Shown here one piece after another: positions 13,301-28,300 of a stretch of DNA of 64,000 nucleotides. Position 1 is the first letter of the stretch, and every line of letters starts with the position of its first letter. Source of the DNA: Balanoglossus misakiensis (Eukaryota > Animalia > Hemichordata); assembly GCA_040954595.2 (NCBI GenBank), contig CM082596.2:5406791-5470790 (forward strand), given 5' to 3'. Position numbers and translations under genes: made by a program. The notes below the pieces were generated by a model. It was not told the origin of the DNA. It made no database searches and worked only from the letters and a program-made list of their open reading frames with translations.

Positions 13301-16300
13301 AAGCTGACTTAACTGACTATTCACACTGTCTCAAAAACTGAAAATGTGACAGGGGGCCTCTTCTTGTTCATGATGCTAGCATTTATGATGTGGAGTTCAG
13401 TACCAGGCTTGTATTATATGCCTTACGCAACATTTATGTATGAACCAAAAATGACCTACCCCCTGCTAAGATTTCATTACAACCAAATTACATGCATATT
13501 ACCATGATTACTAATTTATTAGACTAATAAATTTAGCTGTTGCTAATAGATGTGCATTTTCATCAGTGCCACGCTGCCTCTGCTGGTCTAGAATAGCGTG
13601 ATAAACTAAATGAGCAAAATTTATCACAACGTCAGCGTCGCATGCCATAGATGTGTTGGTTATCACCGGGCAATACATGTCAAGAATTGATTGAAAACAC
13701 CAGGGAGAATTTAGAAAACTTAAAAAGATTGATTGAATTAAGTCTTTCGTTGTCAGTTGAAGTTGTGCGCTGGAAATGTCAGGGCTGACGAAACTATAAA
13801 GATAAGATGAAACTCGCAGTAAATTGAAGCTTAAATGAGCTTTCGAGAGTTCATTGAAAAGGTCTGTGATAACATAAATATTTGAATGCTGCCGATATTG
13901 GAAAGTTGCTATAAATAGAATATTTCAATGATGTCGCATGTCGATTTCTTTGAATTAATTTCTATATGAACACTGACAAGTATTGCGATGCAAGTAATGT
14001 ATCCAATTTATATTTGTGTAGCGAGTTATTCATACCAGTATCTGTTGTTGGTCTTTCAGAAATGTCATCGGTCATTTACGTTCGTTGGTCTAACCTTAAA
14101 TTCCCTTTACGTGCTACATAACATATATCTGCCATTTCACGTTTTCATCAAAACAGTTACTCTGGTTGTTTACGTCAAGCGGTCTGTTGTTTAGGGACAT
14201 AGAGGCTCCAGTGGTATATATAATGTAGTTTTATGCTTATGAGGTGTAACTCTAGGATATATTGCAATTTTATGCTAAAAAGGTGTAACTGTAGAATGCT
14301 AAAAAGGCTAACCCATGCCTTTGGTTAGCCCAGAGCTGACCCAGTTGGGAAATTGAGTTCTTCTCAACCATGCTCACCGGAACAGTTAGTATTGAGCCAC
14401 ATTGCCTGACATGATGTGTTCATTCTTGCAGTAAGCACGGGTATAGCGGTGCATGTTAAAATAGATGCGATATACTGGAAGAAAAGAAACTTAAATATTT
14501 CATCTTTTTCTGCTTGTACACAAGTGCTTTTTCTGCTACCATGCAAAACAGTCAAAAGTGTAGTAGCAGTTCATCTGTGCTTGTACACTTTAGGTTGAAA
14601 ATGCTTTTAAAACTTAATTTTACGGTCTCTTCGTTTGCGTTTGAACGAGGTGACGTCATCTAGCTCGCTGGTGCTCTGACGTATACATGTACTTTTATAT
14701 TGAACAGGTTTTCCATGCTCTATATATTCCGTCTCTTTTCTGTTGACCCGTGGACATCACATGTTTAATACTGTCAAATATTTATGGTGGCTGTGACGTA
14801 CTTTCCATTTTTGTCAGTGTGTGCTCTCTGGAACTGTAAAACATTACAATGCAATAGACCTGTACACGATGTCTGTGTCGGCGTCTATTCCCAGGATCAC
14901 AGCCTGCGCATTATCCTTCCCTAGATGGAAAAAATCAATCAAAAACCCGTACAAGAATTCCTCACCTTTGCTCACCCTTCCTCGGAGAAGATTATGTATC
15001 CTATTTTACACCGAGCGGCTGTACCCCCCAAGAGGGCAGATCACTTATCAATGCATGGCAGCAAGGGGAAGAAAGGTTATTGCGAGTGATAATTCTGAAC
15101 AGAGGTTACTCTTGTATCATTGAGGAAGTATAGTTGCACTGTGGAAGGGTTTAGATTTGTTTTCTGGTGTTGAAGTCGAAGAAACTCTATAAATACTAAA
15201 TAGTTGTAATCACTCCAAATTGTAAAATGAATGCTTATGAATTATGATTTGTACAATGAAGGGTATAGATAAAATACGTACAGTATTTGTAGGTGGCAAA
15301 AATGATCGGTCATGATTACATGTAAATTACATATACAACACCATGACACGATACATAGAAATTGATAAACACACATATATAATATGTCTGTACTGTGCAT
15401 ATAATGTACACACTTTTACTTTAAAGCCACAATTTCCAGAAATGAAATAATCGATTGGAAAAATCAGATAGGAAAAATGCTTGTATCAATTAAGTCACGT
15501 TCTGTTCAAAAAGCCTTGACTTTATGCCAAAGACCTTGAAATTTATGTACTAGTGAGAATTTCAGCGAAATTGCCACTTCCTTTGATTGTTAACAGTCGT
15601 ATATTTCATTAGCAAGGCCCTTTAAGGAACCGATTTGAATAGTTGCCATACGTAGAGATTGAAGAAAAGATCAGTATGTTACACGAAGCATCCTGCAGAC
15701 TCCTATCAGATCCTAAAAGATGTGAAAATGACATCAGTAATAGAAAATGAATAAAAGTCTAAATTCTGAAAAAGTGCTTGTTTATCGCACAATTCTGTCA
15801 CTGGTAGCGGTACCTTGAAAGGTTGTTTTTCATCCAGAAAATCATAGACGGGGCACGATAAGAGATTCTTGAGGAAATTAGTATTATCGGGTTAATGCGT
15901 TTCTGATGCTTTATGTCTGATATCCGATGATGTGACGGGCTAGGACAGTGATGACTCATTCAACATAGGATGTGAGATTTTATTACATCACGAAAGGTAC
16001 ATGCTAGCTTTATAGTGTTGCATCCTGTGATAAAAAATGTTCAATAGATGTCTTCTGCATTTAATTTAGCCAGAAATGGTTATTTTTATTGCCATGAATT
16101 CATCCCTTGTGGATGTCGTTTTACTTGAATGCAAAAAAAAATCCAGTTCTGTCATTCTCTGTTTCATTACAGCGAAAATAAAAAAGCTTAATTGTAGGTA
16201 AATAATATGATAGAAAAACAGGTAAAAGAAACAGAAATAACTATGTCTGTTTTCTGGATGTTATTACTGTCGACCTATATACACATCTGTATGTTGTGCA

Positions 16301-19300
16301 TGTCAATTAGCACAATACCTGGAAGATTTTAATTAGCAATCAATCATCATAAACTTCGAAATGGGAAATTTGTTACCTGATCGTAGATAGGAAAACAAAT
16401 TTCCGGTCATCTTGAGAAATTGAGCTCAAGCCATTATGGTAGACTGTTGCGTCGTTCACACCCTTTGTCCTCCTTGAATAATTGCTTTATCATCGATATT
16501 TTTACATCTTAATCGACGTTTTGTATTTGCCGCTCGCTATTTTAATGAAGTTGGAATGTCAGACTGATTAGTAGTTCTTGATAGCTGTTGAGACACTTTC
16601 ACAATGGGTGGTTGCATGTGGGAGATTTCCCGGGATCATTTTTCGCTCCTGTAACTGACCGCTTGAAATGGAACTCTTCCCTAGGCTAATAGCTAAAAAC
16701 AGCATGCTTTCCATAAAAGGCATATTTTACAGTATGAGTAAGATACGACACATTTATATCTGACAAAATTGTTTCTGGTTCCGTCTCACTCAATAACTCT
16801 ATACAAGTCGTTGCTTGTATATACCTGCGTAATGTATGGATTTGCTAAGTTAGGAATTGGGCACAGTGTATATAGATTAGTAATAGCTTCAAACAAACCC
16901 ATATGGTCTCTTATGTCGTGATGAAGCATAGATTATTATTAGCAGTAATTGTGTGATTCATGGATATTTATACCATGTCTATCACAATGATTCTAGACTT
17001 TTATTCCTGCTGTATCATATTGATTCGGAGCTTTTCACAAGTTTATGAGAATGAAATAGTTCTTTGGATTAGATATCTTGTGGTACAAACCTCTTTACTG
17101 TCACAGTGTGGACTTGTCGTTTTTGAAACGATGGTGACTTTGAAAGTGAAACTACATATTTAGCACTGATATAAAACAGATTACAAATATTACAAATGTT
17201 TTAAAATTCTTCATAGATCTTGTTCCAAAAGTTCACTTTACGATATCAAAATATACACACACCATAGAACACAAATGAATGCCCAAGAACATCTCCCTTG
17301 GTAATAAATTCACACCTTGATTGCAACATTTTTGACAATAATCTCATTCTGCTTTTCCCCCACACCAGAAAGGAAACACAGCATTACATTATGCCGCCGA
17401 ATCAGGACTCAAGAAATCAGTCGAGGTAAGCTCATCTTCACTCTATTTCAACCTCATTTTGATTGGAACCCTCAGTGCAAATAACTCATCAGGCTCTTGA
17501 GGGAGTTTGGTGGATCATCAAATTTCTATGTCAGTGAGATTGGAAATCGTATGTGTAATCTCATTCCTCCTCAATGTGTGCCATTTCTTTCTAAGAAACC
17601 CAATTTTACAGGCAAGATGGAGAGCTCATTATGTGAAGGGTCATGTAGACTCTACACTGTTCTGATTTTCGTCATTGTGTCAAGGGTCTAGGGATTCATC
17701 CAGTTCTAAGGGTATCAAAAGGAGCTAAAATAAACAAGATAATGTAAAAAGTGTGAATTTAAACTAATCATACTCAGAAAAAAATCTATTCCGTTCACTT
17801 GAAGCGGAAATCAGCACCTTGCGCTGGGCCACCTTGAAATTGAAATCCCTAGATTTGCATCAGCACTTCAAGGAACTTCAGCTTTCATTCCTGAATTGCT
17901 TTCCTAGTATCTTAATGGCAATCAACAGCTGTGTGTGTGCATCACAAGAATCAATACAGACCGGGTTGTTTGGTTTGCAAGTAATGAAGGAGAAATTGAG
18001 ATTAGGCGGGATTATTAGAGAGAGACTAGACCAATTTAGAGTGATATTGGATTATATATGTAACCTTGACCCATTTTAGAGTTTAATCTGTATCAGTGAC
18101 AGTAGACATGATAGATGATGATGCTTTAACCAAGGACATGTTAAGGAAATTAAATAATACAAGAGGCGCCAATCCATGTAACAGATATAAACCTACTGAA
18201 AACTCCTATATTAATGATTTGCAAAGATGGAAAAAGGGGCAGCAAGAGAGAGACTTTGTCCCTTTAAATGCTGGTTGTGTGAATGATACTTCATGAAATA
18301 TAGGTATAACACAAAATCCAATTATACACCAGATCCCATTCAGATCCAGGCAAATCATTGCTGGCAGTATTGCACAATCACCTTGACTGTCCTCAAAGCT
18401 CACGTCTTCCCATGTACATGTAGGAAATCATCACTTGTGGAAATTGAGGAGTTTTTCTGTGAAGAAACCTGTTGCTTAGTAAATGTTCATATTTTTCCTT
18501 TCAGTTGCTGGTGAATCACGAGTCCAAGTTGTTTGTAGAAAACAAAGACAAACTGACACCTTGCGATGTTGCAGAGAGAAGCCACAATTTAAACATTGCC
18601 CTTTACTTGGAGTCAAAGATGGTGTTCTCGGTGAGTGCATGCACAGACAAAGAGATCAAGGAAACCATGTTGTCAGGGTGACCATACGTGATCTCACAAT
18701 GGAGTCATCCGTGAACCCATTGGAGTCCATAGAACCTTGGTAACAGTAAAAGCCCGGGACAAATACACACTGCATGCACACTCATTAAAGACATTCACCT
18801 CTGTAGAAACCACGGATAGATTGTTTATCACTTCCCCCCCTCATTCTGGAGGAAAATCTCCAACGTCTGCGGTAACATGTCACGTAAATTTCTTAACAAG
18901 TGCTGTTGCGTTTATGAAGACATAAACCTAACAGCATGCATGTGAAATCGTCTGACAGATAACAGATGAAAAGAAATTTGTCAGATTCGACCTTTGACAG
19001 GCGTGTGGGGGCAGCGCCCGACCCAGGCCATCAAAATCAGTCCCCCCATCAGCAAAAAACATGGATCTTTACAAGCCCAATTACAGAGAACAGGAAGTGT
19101 TTCAGTTTCCTCTTCTAATGAAATACATAGTGGGGACGGGGAGTTAACGTCATTTCCAATGAACTCAATACATCAGACGGGCAGGGCAGATCTAATCTTG
19201 TATCCATAAATTTGCCCTGGTGTAATGAAGTCAAGTGAATTAGTTTCACAGTCATTTTGCCGGGCCATTCTTCATGATTTGCCGGCCGAGGGGTTTAACC

Positions 19301-22300
19301 GTGATGTACCAGATAATGGACCAGCGGCTGATATAAAACACCCACGTACTTACTGACTTTATACTCAGTTTTGCAACAGTTTCTGGTTTAAGCCGTTTGC
19401 CACTAAATTATTGTATTGTGCCACTAACTGTGTGTGTGTGTGTGTGTGTGTGTGGGGGGGGGGGGGGACTCTTCCTATCCTTCCAGGAATCGGCTACCCA
19501 ACCCTGGGATGAAGTCTTCATTTTATTGCATACCTTTGGATGCCTTATAGATCAATGGCAATTCATGATAACGATATTACCCGTGTGCTCTCTCCAATCC
19601 CATTTTGTCGACAAAAAGTCATACATGTATTACCCGAGCTTGATCGACTGATGGATGAATTGATTGGCGGATATTGTGCGTGTACAAATGTATCTATCCA
19701 TGTTTGTTTGTTTTAATAAGTTAAGAGGCTGGAGCACGAACAACAGACTCTGACATTGCATATGTAATTTGTTCATGATGAAATGTCATCCCTGCTCTGA
19801 TGAAGATGTTACAGAGATACATGTGGCCTATCCAGGGAAAATCTACATTTCACTCACGGTTCAAATTACATGGGCAAGTGAAAGAGATATATCTGTCCCA
19901 GGAACAGCCTATTAATTCCTCGTAGCATTTCCTTTCACAGTTTCTACCACAAATAAATAGAAAAAAAAACTGAGCATAAAACAACAGCGCATGCCTGAAA
20001 GGGCATATTTCTTCTGAAACGTTTCCTATATCTGCGCAGACCTGAGCTTTGTGTGCAAATTAGACAAAGTATAGCTGACAGCAGAATCCTGTGAAACAAA
20101 ACAAGATGTGTGACACTCGTTCATCATCCCCCCCCTCTCTAGTAATCAACAGAAGTTTAGACCCCCTGGGTAAACCAGGGTAACAACTCATGTCCATTCA
20201 GATGAACAGCTGAATACTAAACAGAATGGCTTGTCTCAGTTGAAATTCAGTCGACGGTTTTGAGTGACCTGCATGCAGGAAGTAGGAGGCACAATGCGTG
20301 TGAATCCTTGAAAAAATCATTTAACCTGGCCCAGGGGCTTCCTTGCCTTCCCTGGGAATTTGCAATTTGAAAGGGTAGGCTGGAATATTCAAACCTGGAG
20401 TACAGCTAAAACCGCTCTTAAGTGGGCGAGAAATCTCTGATTGAGTTGCTGTATCTGCTCTCTGGGAAAAAATGATGCAGTTACGGGCTTTTCTTGTAAG
20501 ACAAATCATCTATGAAACGTAACAAGAATGAGACATATTTTGAAATTTGATTCATAATAATGTTATAATCTAAGAATGAATGATGTCCTGTACTATTAAT
20601 AATTTTAAAATCAAAATGGCTGATATTATGCAGCAAACATCCCTATGCTGTACCCTGGTTACGTTATGATTCTGCTGGTACCCGGTATAATGATCATCAC
20701 CACTATCACGATCCATGCTAAAAGTTCTGAGGATGATTAAGTTACAGCAACCAAGATGTTGTACAGTAGACATATACTTATTGAGTAATGGTTATTTTAA
20801 ATGCGTTGATCCAAGTAGGACTTTCACTGACAGTTATTTTGTGTTGTCTTTTTTTGTTTCAGACGGAAGCAGCTGATGATTGCGTTCTAGAGCAAGAAAT
20901 GTCATTTATTGAACCAGAAGAGGTGAGTCAGTGTTTACCAATTTTCACTTTGATCTGATGGAGACAGGTTGACAACTGGAATCTGCTGACTGGAGAATGC
21001 ATGTAACTGCAGGCACAACTCAGAAAACAGACAGAAATGGAGGTTACTTAAAATGGTTATTTTGCAGCATTTTTGCGATTCCCAACCGTGCACAGTCAGC
21101 CATACAACAGGGCAAGTTCATCAACACAGCGGTTCGTCCTCTGCAAAGTGAACCAGCAAGCTATAGGACAAGGATGGATAACTTTTTTTCCTCTGAGGTA
21201 CACACTATACAGTGTAGATGCTACCACTTAGAGGATTATGTAAAACTGCATTTCACGATGCTACTCCAAAAATCTGCAGAGTTAGAAATCTCTCTTAAAA
21301 GTCACTGCAAATCCGTTTCAATTTCAGCCTTACACTGGTCTAAGACCCCAGGATCTACAGGAAGCCAAAGATCAATTGTTGGTAGAGACGTCCGACATGC
21401 TACGAGTGCCTTTATTTACTGCTGAAGCCTTACTCAGAAATCATGGTGAGTGGCAGCAACTGTTACCAGTAGCTGGCAAAAGTCGCACTTCACATGAACA
21501 AATTTTACCAGCAGTAAATATATTGAAGGATGTACAATGTGCTATGAGAACAACAAATTTGTGTCTCCCCAAAGGGTAACTTACAGTGGGAATTACAGTG
21601 GGAGTTCTGTCTCAGTCAGGCAAATTTGCATTGTTTCCGTGGTAGTCACCATCTCAATTTGATGTCGTTCGGCAGCCATTTTGTCTCAAATTCTAGGCAA
21701 AATGGCTACCACATACTGGGACCCTATTTGTTAGCACAGCACAGCACAACCAGCAGTAGATTTGGCCCTTCTGACTGGTTTTCCACTTTGACCTTACAGA
21801 GTGGTCAAGAGAGAATCTACTGGAGTCTTGGATGAAAGACCCTGTTGCTTGCTGCGATTCGGCCGGTGCCAAGCCACCTACGGACATCGCCGTGGACAAC
21901 AGTGTCATGGGGTGCAGAATACGAGCATGTGACAACGGCTACACCTCGCACGAAGATATCATTGTAAGTACCAAGTGACAATTTGGACTGGCCATCAATC
22001 AATCAAACACGATAAGCTCTGTTGATCTAACTCATTATTTCACAGCGGAGCTAAGCGCGTTTTCAATTCATCCCCAGCTAGACTATATAATGATATGAAT
22101 AATTTTGAATAGGAGGTGAAAAACTGTAATTGATTTCAAAGGGAATCGGTTGACATTGAGTTTCTCTGCTGGAGTTCTATCACATTCAAATCATCTACAT
22201 TGTATCACTGTAGCCAGTATACAAGGCGTGATGGTGATTTGACTTGCAGAGACAGAAACCGCAAGGAAAGAAATGCTGATATGATTAAAATAAAAAAGCT

Positions 22301-25300
22301 GACATCAGTCTTGAATACCTAAACAAGATTTTACAGAGCTTTGACTTTTGAAGTAGCTTGCTATTCTTGAATGAGTACAATAATCCATGTATAAGTTGAA
22401 TACCTGCATCCAATGTGTAGTGTCTATCACATTTGATTGCCTTGAATAAGCAAATGATTAACGTCATGAAATCAACTCTCCCCAGTATTGCCAGATGATC
22501 TCTGAAAATTGTCGTCCCTAGTGGACGTCGTCTTTCTCATTGGTGACGCGCTGGGCGAGAATCGCGGTGTCACTGGGTTTTATAACGATGTCTCGGGAGA
22601 CGGTTTTCCTAGAAAGGCGTGACGCATTAAATTTGTCTGATCAAGTGAGGAGTTCGCGCTCAGAAATTGTCCTTTCATGAAAAGGATTCACGGTACTCGC
22701 TCCTAGTGACTGAATGAATTCTCGGAAAAGCCCTGAGAGAACTTGATGTTGTATTGCATTTCGAAACAATGAACTCAATTAATGTTAGCCAAAGTAACAC
22801 TTTCAGTTTTTGTAAGTTTTATATTTTCTTGTGATCTCACGTTAGTAAATTGAATAATTTGCAAATTATATTGAAGTGAAATAACAAAAATCAAAAGAAA
22901 AATACCTGTGCTTCACACTATTTTTTTCATTAAATTTGCACCAAGTGGGCATACTTTTCCATTGTCAACATTTCTTGATAATTTTTTTTTTTTGCAAAGA
23001 ATTAATGATTACCGTAGTTTTGCGAATGACAAGTTGACTGGCACTGAAAGGATTAAGAATGGACATATCAAGGCAGAAGCATTGGATCAGCTGCACTTTC
23101 CCACTGTCGCCATCTTGTCAACACAAGCCTTCTTTCTTTGAGGTCTCCCAGACTGTTCTGAACTGGAGACATGTTATTCGATCGTAATTAAAAGACTCGG
23201 TTGAATAGGAAAGCTGTCACACCTGCAGGTATGGCGCTGTGCTGTGAATTTTCACAGCAGTGCAAGCCGCGGCCTGTCTGTCAAGCATTGGAGGGAGATT
23301 AATAGTGCATTACCTTTTTGTGTATGATAAATTCCCTTCACCTTTTCTCTAACGATAATAATTTTGCGTCACCTTCATGGGAAGGTGGCAAGCACTTTCT
23401 CCCTTATTGAGGCATCATGGATGAAATATTATAACTAGAATCAGCCGGGCTTTTCTGACAAATATTCTTGCAACACCCTGCCTACTATTAACACTGCATG
23501 TCTGTCAATATCGTATGTCCACAGCGTTGTCTGTGATTCTATACTCTCACTCTTTTCCCTGCGTAACTCAATCAATGGCAGACTTGTACTTTCTGTTGAC
23601 AGTCTGACGAATCATTAAAAAAAAACATCGCCTGATATTTACCTCCAATCCCGGGAGTAGAAAAAATTCCACTCCTTGGTGGAGCATGCATGTATCTTAA
23701 CAGCGAGTCCCCCCTTTTTTTACCAAATCCATGTAATTTTCGTGTCCCTAAAGTCACGTTCATGTAATGGAATCATTACTTGAACAAACCGTTCCTAACA
23801 GTGCCCTGCAGTCTCTGCTTACAGTGTGTTCTGTGCCCTGTTCTCCTCCATCACGCTAACCTGCATCATTTCTCATACTTAGAAGAAAATCGCAAGATTA
23901 ATATACAAAACGTAATTCCTCCTGGACATCGCTGATTTACTCGTCCTTGACAAAATCCCCATCAATCTTCTTATATTTTTTTTTTCATTTTTACCATGTA
24001 GTCATTATGAGACAACCATTCAAGCTTTCTATAAGTACAAGTAGATCAGTGACATAAATTCTTTCTGTTAGCAGACACATATTATCAATGAAGGCCTTAT
24101 TGGATACAAGGAAGCTCACATCATAGAAAAAAAGACGTTTTGTTGATTTTCATCTCTAACTATTGATACACATATTAAATTTCACATATGTTACTTTCAT
24201 AATATCAATACTCATTTCATTACATTTTTAGATCTCAGTGGATCATTATATAACAAGAAACAGAAATATTCTATCTATCTACAAAAGTGTTCAATGAAAT
24301 ACCGTACCATTATGTTTATCTGAAATTTGCCAAAAAAGACAGGTTTACCATCAGATATGACATAGCTGTCATGCCAAGTATTAACACAGAGAAGTGAGAA
24401 TGAAAAACTAAGATTTACCATGAAATTTGGCAACATTCATACATGTAGCTGTCATGCAAAGCATTATCATACGGAAGCAAAGGGAAGAAAAGTGGCATGT
24501 GCTTCCAGATATACGAGAGACAAGTCGCCACTGATGCATGTATATGTTTGTATAACCCTGCTGGCTGTTTCGTCTTTCACTTCAGTGTAATCCCCACTTT
24601 TCATTTAGCTAGAACCGCTCGGGGAAAAATTGTCAGTCGTCACATCCAGATGCCGTCATCATTTGAAAAAAAAAAAAAAAAACGTGCGAGAAGATGACTT
24701 CTGCATCGGTTCAGCAGTATACAATGTATACTATTACTTCTTCCAAATCCCTCCAACACACGCACACACACACATACATGTATAACCCCTTCTGTTGTCT
24801 CGCGTCAGCTCAGTGATTTATTTGAACACCAGGCATGCCGATACATATACTTCTTGCATCAGTACCGCGCTGTGCATGCGCCATACTAGAGATTTCATGA
24901 ATAGACTCTGGAGTGTTCATCATGTTTGACAAATGGCTAATTATTTCTATTCACCACGTAGTCCGTACGGCACTGATGGAGTTGTGTTTATACAAGTTTG
25001 GATGTTGTGAATCAAAAAAGTGCATTTTTTCACAAACTTAAATAATGCTCGATTTCCATCTACAGAGTGTAAGCAAAGTTATATAGTCACTGCATATTTG
25101 TGCTAAGTGTTTCATCTGTCGACCACCTTTGACATTTGGGCAAAAAACACTTTCCATTACTGTGAATTACCCAGTCCCATCAATCTCAGAGCTTTACCTA
25201 GAATTGCCGTCTACATTATCCTAACATGCCCACATTAGACCAAATTTTACTAGCTGTCGTGCGACGCGCACAGGTAATAACGACTCCCCAATCTCTGTCC

Positions 25301-28300
25301 AAAATGGAAAATAAAACCGTCTGACTAGCTAATAAGGGTCGGTGCAATTGAATTAAGATGACAATGAATCCAGCGAGGCTGTTTCTCAAAGCTCCAATGA
25401 ATAATTTTTTTGCCTCGCCTATAAAAGATATATTCAGCTGGATGTAATTGAGTTTGCACAGTCTGACATTACAAAAAAATGGCAGAATTGGAAAAACGTT
25501 GCAGACTTTTACTGTCCAATTTTAATCGCAGTCTGAGAACAGAGCTATCACGTTTATGATGCTCATATTTTACAATCAGTGGCGACATGGGAGTGTTTGA
25601 AATCATACTTCATACAGACATTTCACGTGGGTTTCTCTATAATGTTCTAAGTGCTCTCGGGTCATTTCCATCATCAGAATTATAGTATTCAACTAAATTA
25701 GAGATTATATATCATGTTAGATTAAAAGCTGTTTGCAACCCACGCATGGTTTTTAATAGAGTGCACTTTAGTTTTGTCTGGCTTTGCTGTATCATTTCCA
25801 AAATGAGGGAAAAGTCTATCAGCTGAGAGCAGGTAATAGTATTTCATTTGAGAACCCACGTGCATTAATTTAATCAAATCTGTGCTTTGGTTAAAAAGAC
25901 ATGCGAAGTTCCATGACTTTAATACTTGTTCTCCGAAAATTTGGAAAACTCTCTGCTGAGTTTAACACTTTCATCACCATTGCATGATCCAAATACAGGA
26001 GGGAGAGAAGAATTATGAAACTACCACAGAACTACCCATATTCTCCTCGTTACCTAATTAACAATAATTTCATGGGGGTTGGGATTATGAAACAAGAGAA
26101 ACCAACCATGCACTACCCAATCTTTGTATCATATTCCTCTCATTTGGTAATTGACAATAATTTCAGAACACTATAAGCGCCGTCTCAGTCAGATTTGATG
26201 GCACTGAATTATGCGGCAAGAAAATGGAAGCGGGTTATGCCCGTCGCCATGACGACAGCCGTCTAAGCGTATCCACGCAGAGAGGACTGTAAAATTGCCC
26301 TCCGTAATCACACTTGTCTGCAGGATAAGCGAGACTCCCTGCCGGGCATTACGGATGTCACTCACTTTTTGTAATTCAGATATTTTTATTCTCTGTAAAC
26401 TTTCTCCTTCAGTTCACACGCACACTCAATCTCGCGGCATTTTCTGCTTTGTACGTTTAATCCTGCTACAAAAAGGTCCGTGATCGTCCTCTTAATATTC
26501 CGCCGGAAGCATCGCTGAAAACCGTGATTTTCAGCATAAAAGAGCTAGTTTCTATAATATCTGCTTGTTATGTTGGCATCAAGGCCATCTTGTGTTATTT
26601 CGTGTGCGAGTTTTAAAGCCTTAGAGTCTAACTTGAAGTTAGAGTTAATCATCGAGGTATAGAGAGATAGAGATATTGAACCACAATTTGAACCTGTTAG
26701 TATTTCTGCAGAAACAGAACCTGTACTCTTTGCTCGGAATTTTGCTCAATGTTAAATGGACATTGATCTCACCATACCTGTTGTAAATTAGAGGTGACTG
26801 TACAGTGTCCATCAAAAGAGCTAAACTAGGCTTGAAATACAGACCCATAAAAGGCCTAACACTGGCAATATCATGACTCACCTAACAGTAACAGCCCTGA
26901 ATAAGGTATACGCGCACGCCACATTATATTGACTTCAATCTGGTGTGCTGTGCTGATAAAATCAACAGATTCCGAATTCTTTTGAAAGGAGAGAGCCTCC
27001 GTGATTATCCAGTGTTGTTGCGTCTGCTCTGCAGAAATTACTTTAATTATGTCACATTAAAGTTGGATGATTGCATCTCGCTTTTATTTCGTCAAGGCTG
27101 AAAGGTTTATGTGAGCGAAATCAATCTGGCCTCAGGTTTTTTTTTTTGCGTTTAGTCCAGTGTGTGGCGAGTGGGGGTATCAAATAAGCATTGATTTGGT
27201 ATTAAATTACCTCAATTTAATTTCACTCTACCCATATTTTCACCATATTCGTTTCGATTAAATTTGCAAATCGGGTCATCGGATCGAGCTTATTCTAAAA
27301 TCGATTTTCACGTTTTCTGTCACACAAATACAAAATATGTTGAAATCATTTGAGTAGATGTGATATTGTCACTATTTTTTAAACTGATTGCAAACGCAAT
27401 TCAATTTTGTAAACATCTCGCTGGAGGTTCATAAGCTTTTTGGTGCATATAGAGGTGTTGGCCCTAAGTAGTCTCCTGACAATAAGGTAATTATACAATT
27501 CAAATGTGAAGTGGGAAAAAGTAATGAGTTTCTCTTCTTTAGAAAGGGACTAGGTTAAGTTTGGGGTCATTACGACAAAATACACTATTACCGGAATTCA
27601 GCCAAACATCTGTGGTTTTGCGTTGCACCAATCAGAGGGAGAAAGTGCTTCCTGCCTGCATTCAATCGTTCATCTGTGATTTGATTCTGTTGATGTAATG
27701 GATGCTGGGTTTGAATGCCCAATCAGAGAAGGGTGGGCCGTTTCTTCAGCAATTGTACACAACTCTGACAGTCAGTGACATTGATTCTGGGACAATGGCG
27801 CAAGATCCAACCTCAGGTTCAAGCTTGAATCTGGGACAGATTTACTAAATGCAGTAGACAGAACAGTCATGTACAGCTGTATTTTCCAGTACTTTCCAAG
27901 AAACACTTAAACCCTATGAATGCCACTGTTTTCCACATCAAAATGTGGTGCAATATTTTTTTTCTCATTTTCACACATTTTGCTCCATTTCCCCCCTATT
28001 TTTAGACCAAATGGACATAATTTTCTATTGTCTGCAGGATTTGATCAAAACGTGAGAAAAAACGAGGAAAAAGACACGATGGTTAATTTTTCGAACGATG
28101 ACGACAAGTCGACTATGGCGTTGAAAGGGTTAACAAGCAGATGACTAAAATGCAATTGAAACATTTAATTATAGAGAAAAGATTGTCACTGTTTCCTCTA
28201 GGTTTTCATAAGCATTTATCAATCCAACTTTATTTGTCTCTGGGGAATATCCCTCTGAGTGTGTTTGTTCATGAACATTAATCTTGTGAGATATTGTTGA